In this document: one piece after another, positions 54,490 through 64,000 of the stretch
Position numbering within the stretch: the stretch's first letter is position 1
Layout: each line of letters begins with the position of its first letter
Assembly: GCA_002269645.1 (NCBI GenBank)
Contig: NIVC01003453.1
Span: 32,899 to 96,898 of the forward strand
DNA from: Macrostomum lignano
Lineage: Eukaryota
Direction of reading: 5' to 3'
Length of the DNA stretch: 64,000 nucleotides
Made by a program: the position numbers and the translations under genes
Notes under the pieces: model-generated
The model's input: only the letters and a program-made list of their open reading frames with translations
The model's database searches: none
Told to the model about the DNA's origin: nothing

Positions 54490-55225
54490 GACGAGGGGAT
54501 GTATATTTGGAATGGGTTGGTTGGCCAGACCGGGACGAGGGGATGTACATTTGGAATGGGTTGGTTGGCCAGACCGGGACGAGGGGATGTACATTTGGGA
54601 TGGGTTGGTTGGCCAGACCGGGACGAGGGGATGTACATTTGGAGTGGGGTGGTTGGCTAGTTCGGGACGAGGGGATGTACATTTGGAGTAGGGTGGTTGG
54701 CCAGACCAGGATGAGGGGATGTACATTTGGAGTGGGGTGGTTGGCCAGACCAGGATGAGGGGATGTACATTTGGAGTGGGGTGGTTGGCCAGACCAGGAT
54801 GAGGGGATGTACATTTGGAGTGGGGTGGTTGGCCAGACCAGGATGAGGGGATGTACATTTGGAGTGGGGTGGTTGGCCAGACCAGGATGAGGGGATGTAC
54901 ATTTGGAGTGGGGTGGTTGGCCAGACCAGGATGAGGGGATGTACATTTGGAGTGGGGTGGTTGGCCAGACCAGGATGAGGGGATGTACATTTGGAGTGGG
55001 GTGGTTGGCCAGACCAGGATGAGGGGATGTACATTTGGAGTGGGGTGGTTGGCCAGACCAGGATGAGGGGATGTACATTTGGAGTGGGGTGGTTGGCCAG
55101 ACCAGGATGAGGGGATGTACATTTGGAGTGGGGTGGTTGGCTAGTCCGGGACGAGGGGATGTACATTTGGAGTGGGGTGGTTGGCTAGTCCGGGACGAGG
55201 GGATGTACATTTGGAGTGGGGTGGT
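54490..55225. repeat. 44-bp minisatellite GGATGTACATTTGGAGTGGGGTGGTTGGCCAGACCAGGATGAGG, ~16 copies
   Basis: Directly visible. Confidence 0.95.
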
Positions 55226-55805
55226 TAGCTGTAACAAAGTAAATGTATTCATAAGCTTTCATATGATATGAAAAATTCTTCTAAATCTAAAAAATATTGA
55301 AAGCAAATTTTCAGGTAGCTCGTAAAATGTCACTAGATACAATAAGATGTAAGTACCTTAGTAATGTATTTAATCTGGCTTGGATAAGAAAATACAAGTA
55401 ATGACTAAATCTATGAATAGATTAAAATTTACATTGCAGTCGCAGAGGTTCAAGCAACTCAATCAATATTTAAGCTGATTGGAGCGAATTGTGGATGCTA
55501 ACTAATCTGCAAAACAATAATACAGCTCGTACCGAGGCACTGTAGATATGCTACAGGTAGATATTAGGTATAAAATCTAAAAAGGCGTAGGATTGAAGCA
55601 ATTGAAAACAGGTTTCGTCCTTAAGAAAGGGTGATAATTTGCGTACTATAGTACTGACAATGCCAACAGTAGCATTCTGGGGATTGTGCAGGCAAAAATA
55701 TGTCAATTTTTATAGGGAAAGTTAATAAAAAGACAGAGGGTTTGTTTGACAAGTCTAACATGTACTTTAAGACGGTAAAACAAGCCCTCCAGTTAGCAGT
55801 CAGTC

Positions 55806-58800
55806 TCATGACATCAAGCAGGTGCTATTAAGCTGCTTACTGCGACTCAAACTGAGCTCGCCTTTCAACAGGAAGTTGAGCGCAGCCTTGGCAATAAAGC
55901 TGGACGTGCCCCGGGACACGACCGCTTCGGTCTGGTAGAACAGCACCATCGACTTGTCGGCCTCCGGGCCCGTCAGCTCGCGCTCGGATTTGAAATCTCG
56001 CCAAGCCTCGTCGATAATCCGCAATACGTCGAGTTCCTCTTTGACTGCCAGTTCCGGATTGCGCTGCAGGATGAGCTCAATGATGACCAGGGCTTCCACT
56101 AGCATCTGGCGCAGTGCCGGGTTGCGCGTCTCCCTGCACAAGCGTTGCAATACGGATTTATTAATTAAATATGCACTGAGTGAACCAATAGAAATCCCAC
56201 AAAATCGACGTAGATCCCACATAAACGTAAAATAGCGCTAAGAATCTTAAAAAATGTAAACCCCACACCTATCAGAGATCCCATACCCAATCTAACAGAT
56301 CCCATACCCAATCTAACAGATCCCATACCCAATCCAACAGATCTTATACCAAATCTAACAGATCACATACCAAATCTAACAGATCCCATACCCAATCTAA
56401 CAGATCCCATACCAAATCTAACAGATCCCATACCCAATCTAACAGATCCCATACCAAATCTAACAGATCCCATACCCAATCTAACAGATCCCATACCCAA
56501 TCTAACAGATCCCATACCCAATCCAACAGATCCCATACCCAATCTAACAGATCACATACCCAATCTAACAGATCCCATACCCAATCTAACAGATCCCATA
56601 CCCAATCCAACAGAATCCACACGCAATCCAGATCCCACAAACAGCATATAAAGCAGTATACCTGGCCAGAATAGCCTGCACAGCGAACACAAAGTTGGCA
56701 TCGTTGCGGGACATGTCATTCAGGCAGGGGTACTGCTCTATCAGGGTGCTGCCGATGCGCACACCGCCGGTGCAGGCCTCCAGCACGCCGTAGACGCCTT
56801 CGTAGAAGCCGGGCGGCACCCGACAGAGGCAACCGTCGATCCGGCGCTGCCAGTAGGGATCCCGGAGACGGTCCCGACGAAGGATGGACACCAACAGGGA
56901 TTGGATCTGCGATGGTGTGGCGGCATTTTTGTGTTGAGTATTGGCACCGTCTCCATCAAGCCCTTTGAGCCTCTCACTTTATAAGTCCAGTGATCCCATC
57001 TGTCCAGTGATTCTATCTATCCAGTGATCCCATCTGTCTAGTGATCCCATCTATCCAGTGATCCCATCAATCCAGTGATCCCATCTGTCCAGTGATTCTA
57101 TCTATCCAGTGATCCCATCTGTCTAGTGATCCCATCTATCCAGTGATCCCATCAATCCAGTGATCCCATCTGTCTAGTGATCCTATCTGTCTAGTGGTCC
57201 CATCTGTCAGTGATCCCATCTGTCAGTGATTCAATCTTTCAGTGATCCCATCTGTCTAGTGATCACATCTGTCTAGTGATCACATCTGTCTAGTGATCAC
57301 ATCTGTCTAGTGATCTCATCTGTCAGTGATCGTATATATCCAGTGATCCCATCTATCCAGTGATCCCATCAATCCAGTGATCCCATCTGTCAGTGATCCC
57401 ATCTGTCAGTTATCCCATCTGTCTAGTGATCCCATCTGTCTAGTGATCCTATCTGTCTAGTGATCCCATCTGTCAGTGATCCCATCTGTCAGTGATCCCA
57501 TTTGTCAGTGATCCCATCTGTCAGTGATCCAATCTGTGCACTGATCCCCCAGAGACACCCGTGCCCAGCCCGCTCAGCTGTCACCTTATACGGGGACAGA
57601 TTCTGCAGTATCTTGCAGCCGCCATACAAGGCATCATCAACATTCTCCAATTCGATGTCCAGAGCGTCAACCAGCGGGTCCAGCCTGATATAGTAGATAC
57701 CGCGAAACAGCGAGTTATCACGGCTGATGAGCGAGCCCAGGAACAGGATCAGCTCCTGTAGCAGCACCGCCTTGCCAGACGGTCCTGGCGGGTACTGGGC
57801 ATACATAATCTGACACAGCTCTTTAGGCGTGAGCGGCCTGTCTATGACAATATCCGAGCCAATTATGATCTTCTTGCCGGCAACGATAACGTTGGATAGG
57901 GAGGGAGCCAGGCTGTCCACTTCTTTGCGCAGGATGGCCGAAGCGTAGCGCACGATGGCCCAGCGCTGCTGGACACCGGCAGTGCGACTGAGGTCTTCCA
58001 GCCGGTGCGAGACCGTTTCGGTTCCGCCTGCGGCGGGGGGCGATGTTGTTCTGGTGAGTTAGACAGCACAAAATTTGCGAATCAAGGTATTCGAGGTGTT
58101 AAGTTGTTAGGAATATCATCAAGATATTTGCGATTACAAGGTTCTCAGGGTCACGTGTGCAGGGTTCTCAGGGTCACGTGTGCAGGGTTCTCAGGGTCAC
58201 GTGTGCAGGGTTCTCAGGGTCACGTGTGCAGGGTTCTCAGGGTCACGTGTGCAGGGTTCTCAGGGTCTCGTGTGCAGGGTTCTCAGGGTCACGTGTGCAG
58301 GGTTCTCAGGGTCACGTGTGCAGGGATCCAGGGTCACGTGTGCAGGGATCCCAGGGTCACGTGTGTAGGGATCTCAGGGTCACGTGTGCAGGGATCTCAG
58401 GGTCACGTGTGCAGGGATCTCAGGGTCACGTGTGCAGGGATCTCGGGGTAGCATGCACACTACAGAAATTTCAGGGTAGCATGTACTGGAACTTCAGGGT
58501 AGCATGTACAGGAACTTCAGGGTAGCATGTACAGGAACTTCAGGGTAGCATGTACAGGAACTTCAGGGTAGCATGTACAGGAACTTCAGGGTAGCATGTA
58601 CAGGAATTCAAGGGTAGCATGTACAGGAGTTTCAGGGTTAGGATATAAGACCACAACATTACCGTGAGGGATCTCCCCAAACCCACCTGACAGAGCGTAC
58701 AGCGGTCCGTGTCTGTCGTGCAGAATGTGCAGCAGCTGAGTCCTCGTCCCATATTCAAAGATGCCGTGTCAATGAGCTGGCAGAGGTCCTCGGAGCTGCT

Positions 58801-61800
58801 GGACTCCACACGCCTCACATCGATCCATTCTTCACGTTCAACGGCCACCGCGGCGTGGCCCTGAATGTTCATCAGGGAGCGAAACGATTTCTCAACGCTG
58901 AGCTCTTCAACGCTGGGCAGATCTTTGAAAGCGTCGCCGTGGTCCTGCAGATAGTCCAGGTGGTCAACGCAAGCGCTGGCTAGCAGGTTCTGGGCTCGGC
59001 CAAGCAGCACCCGGACGCCATTAACTCGGCCGCTGCGCATTCCAGTGAGGAAAGCGATGAGCTGCTTGGCGCCAGCCGCCCGGATCATGTCCTCGCGGAG
59101 TAGAAAGCAGAATGTTGGGCGGCCGCGCAGGCGCCACCAGGTGGATAGGAATTGCAGATTGGTGCGCACCTGACAATAGGGAATAGATTAATGATTGACA
59201 GATCGGCTTGAGATTGGCTGCTATAGATACTAAGATAGATTTTTGAGGTTACTATTAGTTAGCAGGGAGGCTTCGGCCTTCGGGCACCGTCGCGAATCAA
59301 GGCGACAGTCGACCCGCGCACACGCTCATACAGGGTGTACTGTGTACAGCGGCCCTGGTTTTTCTATCATCATTATTGCACTAAAAACCAGGCCCTAAAA
59401 ATTAATTTGGCCGCGAAAACCTCAGATTCATCAGATGCTATAATAACTATTCATAGATGGGACACCCAGCACATTTCCATGTAAGCTACTTTAAGTAGAG
59501 GGTCAAAAGTTATTTTAATATATTTTAGGACAAGGCTCGTTTATTGGCCCTCTCACCTCCAAGCTAAACCCCTCCGACCGCGTCTTTCCGCACAAAATCT
59601 CTACCCCCCCCCCCGCCGCCCAGTTTTTATTGCCTTTCTCAGTGTTCCAGCCTACCGGTAAAGCTGCAATGTACATTATATAGGCTCGCTTATTCTCATC
59701 CCCCACTAAAGCCTCGGCCGCGTCTTTCCCCACAAAATCTCTACCCCCGCCCCGCCGCCCAGTTTTTATTGCCTTTCTCAGTGTTCCAGCCTACGGTAAA
59801 GCTGCAATCTACATTATATACGCTCGCTTATTCTCATCCCCCCCTCCACTGAAGCCTCGGCCGCGTCTTTCCGCACAAAATCTCTACCCCCGCCCCGCCG
59901 CCCAATTTTATTGCCATCCTCGGGTGTTCCAGCCTAAAGCTCCAATGTACATGTACATTGCATTGCATAGGCTCCTTTATTGGCCCTCGCATCCCCTCTC
60001 CCCGAGCTGAAGCCTTCGGCCGCATCTTTCCCCACAAAATCTCTACCCCCGGCCCAAATTTTTATTGCCTTCTAGCCTAAACCTGCCTGCCATGTACATT
60101 TTCAACGGCGCTGGCTTATGTACATTACGGCTGAACGAATAGTGGGCTGTTTACTTCTGCAGGTCACGCCAACTGCCTCTTTTCTTTTTATAAACCGTCC
60201 TAAGTGAGCATCATCTAGTTCTGATAGTACCTGCGGCTAATATATATTAGAAATGACATCAGACGCATTAGCCGATATGTATCGAAAAGAAATGTTAAAC
60301 AAAGCAAGCGCACACCTCGTCGATGACCATGTCCATATCGTGTAGCAGATAAAAGTCGCGCATCTCAAATAGCAGCGGATAGCACAGCACAGTGCGGCCG
60401 GGCACCCTGTAGAATTTCGCCGTGCCCAGCTGGCCAATTGGACGGAGTGGCCGGCCGGACAAGCCAAGTCGTTCGCACTGACCGAGGCACTCTTGCACTT
60501 TAATGAGGTTCTTCGACGGCCAAAGGGTGATTGGTTCAAACTGCGAAGCACATTGTGTAGGGCGATTATTAAGGAAAATGGAGGGCGATTAGTTACACGT
60601 AGGACGTTGGAGGGCAATTATTTACATGTAGGAAATTGGAGGGCGATTATTTATATGTAGGAAATTGGAGGGCGATTATTAAGGAAAATGGAGGGCAATT
60701 AGTTACAGGTAGGACATTGGAGGGCGATTATTATTTAGATGTAGGACATTGGAGGGCGATTATTTGAATGTAGGACATTGGAGGGCGATTAGTTACATGT
60801 GAGACATTGGAGGGGGATTAGTTACATGTAGGACATTGGAGGGCGATTATTTAGGACATTGGAGGGTGATTATTTAGCAGATTGGAGAGCGATGATTTGG
60901 AGAATGCAGGTGCTGATTGAGAATATAGTACTAAGAGTCGTGAGCAGCCTCACCTGAGTAGGGGTCTGACTCTGCACGCCGAACGTAGCAAGCATCTGCT
61001 GCAGGCGCACAGACTCAGATATGAGCACAACTTGCACAACCAGATCCTGTAGCTTATTTATAAATGGCACCCGCCTAGACAGATCCAACGGGCGTTCGTG
61101 AAAAGATTTGTACCGCCTAAGCAGATCCAGGTCGTGCGCCATGAGATAGCCGGACTCCAGCAGCTCGGCTATGAGGGCTACGGCTTCGCCCCATAGAAAG
61201 ACGGTGTCGTTGAGTTCGAAATTCGTCGCCGAGCTTGACTACCGGGCCGATCGCGCTCCTCTTGAAGATAGTCGCGCGCACGAAGTAGAACTTTGGCAGC
61301 CAACGGCTCGACTGAGGAGGCTGCGAGCTGTCGGGACTGGAGTTGAAGGACGGTGAGGAGTACGGATTAAAGACAGGGTGGATTAAGGACTAGGTGGATT
61401 AGGGACAGGGTGAATTAAAGAGAGGGTGAATTAGGGACTGGGTGGATTATGGACTGGAAGGATTAGGGACAAGGTGGATTAGGAACTGGAATGATTAGGG
61501 ACAGGGTGGATTAGGGACAGGGTGGATTAGGGACTGGGTGGATTAGGGATTGGGTGGATTAGGGACTGGGTGGATTAGGTACAGGGTGGATTAGGAACTG
61601 GAAGGATTAGGGACTGGAAGAATTAGGGACAGGGTGGATTAGGGACAGGGTGGATTAGGGACAGGGTGGATTAGGTACTGGGTGGATTAGGGATTGGGTG
61701 GATTAGGGACTGGGTGGATTAGGTACAGGGTGGATTAGGGACTGGTGGATTAGGGACTGGGGGGTTTAGGGACTGGGTGAACTAGGAACTGGAAGGATTA

Positions 61801-63246
61801 GGGACAAGGTGGATTAGGAACTGGAAGGATTAGGGACAGGGTAGATTAGGGACAGGGTGGATTAGGGATTGGGTGAATTAGGGACTGGGTGGATTAGGGA
61901 CTGGGGTTTAGGGAAATGGTGGATTAGGGACTGGGGGTTTAGGGAATTGGTGGATTAGGGACTGGGTGGAGTGGATAGGGACTTGGTGGATTGGGAGTTG
62001 AATGGATTAGCAATAAAGCAGGAAACCGGATTAATGAATAGTCATATCATACCCAAACGGTAAGTCGCATTCAACACGCAGGTCGTCCAGTTTCTGTTTA
62101 TAGAGCGTGGCAGTGGTGCGATCGCCCTGCAGGCAGTGCTCAATGACCAGGAAAGCGTACATTATCGGCCATTGGCATTCGATTGCTTCGAAGCTTTTCA
62201 ACTCTCCGTGACTGTATAGGGCGCCTCGGCTGGGCTCCAGCACTGTGCCGTAGCCGTCTCTGCCAATCAGAAACTTTGTTCATGTATTGTTGCTAATCAA
62301 TCAGATATTAAACAATTATTGTATAATATTAGCGGCCTTGGTAAATTTACATTTCCAGGTACAAACAGGCAAGTTAAAGCCGATCCGAAGCCTAGCTGCA
62401 GTGTCAAGCTATAGTCATCTACAGTCAAGCTACTCTGCCTACTCTCTGAGGTACTCTACCTATTCTAGGCTACTCTACCGACCTACTCTTTGAGCTACTC
62501 TACCGACCTACTCTAAGCTATTCTACCTACCTACTCTCTGAGCTACTCTATCGACCTACTCTAAGCTACTCAACCTACCTACTCTAAGCTACTCAACCTA
62601 CCTACTCTAAGCTACTCAATCTACCTACTCTGAGCTACTCAACCTACCTACTCTGAGCTACTCAACCTACCTACTCTAAGCTACTCAACCTACCTACTCT
62701 TAGCTACTCAACCTACCTACTCTGAGCTACTCAACCTATCTACTCTAAGCTACTCAACCTACCTACTCTTTGAGCTACTCAACCTACCTACTCTAAGCTA
62801 CTCAACCTACCAACTCTAAGCTACGCAGGCAACGGAACAAAACCCAGAGAAAAATCGCAGCACGAGCCTCACCTCGAGAACCGTTTAAAGCCGTACTCCG
62901 CCGCGAAATCTGGAGAAAATATTGTGCAGAGCGGTCTTCCTAACCGGCTCGTGTGTGGCGTGCCCCGGCCAGCACAGGGTGGGTATCAGGGCACTGTCAC
63001 AGCCCTTGCTGGCGCTCTCCCTTGGCAACAGATTGGTAAGAATGATCCGATTCCTAGAATGAGCATCAATGTCAACGTGGATCACGGTGGTGTGATCGCC
63101 AGACTGGCCGAACACGTTAAAACTGTTGGCTGCTTCGAGCGCGGCTTTGGCGAAGCCAACGGAGCTGGCGTGCAGCTCTACGCTGCCAGTGTTCTGCTTG
63201 GTGCCGCGCTCCCACATGCCGAAGTCCGGGATGCGGTAGGCCCGCT
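55806..63246 (-). CDS. PHKB: Phosphorylase kinase regulatory subunit beta, 3' eight exons (5' part beyond window), four 1-bp frameshifts
   Basis: Exons 63246-62873, 62259-62053, 61336-60954, 60540-60316, 59169-58687, 58027-57585, 56906-56662, 56133-55806. Motifs YRIPDFGMWERG, LHASSVGFAKAALEA, LLPRESASK, ECQWP, LGLSGRP.RPIGQLGT.K.YR, QRRIDG.L.RVP.GFY, LQRNPEL and C-terminal CaaX CLMS. Frame corrections needed at ~62898 (+1), ~61275, ~61212 and ~58749 (-1 each); with them all exon phases balance. Confidence 0.92.
56270..56615. repeat. 21-bp minisatellite AACAGATCCCATACCCAATCT (PHKB intron)
   Basis: Directly visible. Confidence 0.93.
56985..57545. repeat. 16-17 bp minisatellite CAGTGATCCCATCTGT (PHKB intron)
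   Basis: Directly visible. Confidence 0.93.
58140..58635. repeat. Two adjacent related 23-bp arrays CAGGGTCACGTGTGCAGGGTTCT and CAGGGTAGCATGTACAGGAACTT (PHKB intron)
   Basis: Directly visible; switch near 58445. Confidence 0.93.
59560..60070. repeat. Imperfect ~140-160 bp tandem repeat, ~4 copies (PHKB intron)
   Basis: CACAAAATCTCTACCCCC recurs near 59591, 59731, 59874 and 60033. Confidence 0.8.
60555..60875. repeat. ~30-bp degenerate minisatellite GGAGGGCGATTATTTACATGTAGGACATT (PHKB intron)
   Basis: Directly visible. Confidence 0.88.
61362..62000. repeat. 16-17 bp G-rich minisatellite GGATTAGGGACAGGGT (PHKB intron)
   Basis: Directly visible. Confidence 0.92.
62425..62822. repeat. ~23-bp minisatellite CTACCTACTCTAAGCTACTCAAC (PHKB intron)
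   Basis: Directly visible. Confidence 0.9.
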
Positions 63247-63374
63247 CTAGGTAGAATATCAGGCTGGAATACGCTCACCTGCATCGGCGGAATAGGGATT
63301 CTATTAGGCGGGATAAGGGGATAGAATTATCAGCTTATGGAAGAATGAATGATAAAGTAGGAAGCGTCCGGACT

Positions 63375-64000
63375 TCTCAGGTTGTCAGGACATTCCATGG
63401 TGGAGCACACGGGATGAAGGGAGACTGTCTCAGGACATCCCATGGGGAGCACACGGGATGAAGGGATACTGTCTCAGGACATTCCATGGGGGAGCACACG
63501 GGATGAAGGGAGACTGTCTCAGGACATTCCATGGGGAGCACACGGATGAAGACAGGCTGTCTCAGGACATTCCATGGGGAGCACACGGGATGAAGACAGG
63601 CTGTCTCAGGACATTCCATGGGGGAGCACACGGGATGAGGGGAGGCTGTCTCAGGACATTCCATGGGGAGCACACGGGATGAAGGAGACTGTCTCAGGAC
63701 ATTCCATGGGGGAGCACACGGGATGAAGGGAGACTGTCTCAGGACATTCCATGGGGAGCACACGGATGAAGACAGGCTGTCTCAGGACATTCCATGGGGA
63801 GCACACGGGATGAAGACAGGCTGTCTCAGGACATTCCATGGGGAGCACACGGATGAAGGGAGACTGTCTCAGGACATTCCATGGGGAGCACACGGGATGA
63901 GGGGAGGCTGTCTCAGGACATTCCATGGGGGAGCACACGGGATGAAGGGAGACTGTCTCAGGACATTCCATGGGGGAGCACACGGGATGAAGGGAGACTG
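63375..64000. repeat. 43-45 bp minisatellite GTCTCAGGACATTCCATGGGGAGCACACGGGATGAAGGGAGACT (PHKB upstream intron), runs off window
   Basis: Directly visible. Confidence 0.95.

Overview
Eukaryotic (animal) genomic DNA: short GC-rich exons separated by introns and spacers largely filled with tandem repeats, a landscape resembling the flatworm Macrostomum (inference, not a database match). Five spliced genes could be rebuilt by hand with GT-AG boundaries and consistent phases: (1) GPR158/GPR179-like class C GPCR (+, 4022-17176, 10 exons, ~819 aa); (2) FMRFamide-receptor-like rhodopsin GPCR (-, 19245-25533, 3 exons); (3) fibrillar collagen, VWC-helix-COLFI (+, 31093-44159, 8 exons, one 1-bp frameshift); (4) six-zinc-finger RING/PHD protein (-, 47619-52067, start exon unresolved); (5) phosphorylase kinase beta subunit PHKB (-, 55806-63246, 5' exons outside the window, four 1-bp frameshifts). 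Most long ORFs in the supplied track are artefacts of the repeats. Best leads: the collagen triple helix is split by a 16-aa insert carrying an RSRR furin-type site while keeping near-canonical total length; 22 of 23 long introns carry tandem arrays, nearly all intron-private, while the 5 short introns (78-95 bp) carry none; a 2202-bp solo-LTR-like insertion (10-bp inverted termini, TAGG target duplication, AP-1/CRE/CCAAT/TATA cluster) sits in a collagen intron; and the RING/PHD protein is an internally duplicated RING-RING-PHD cassette.
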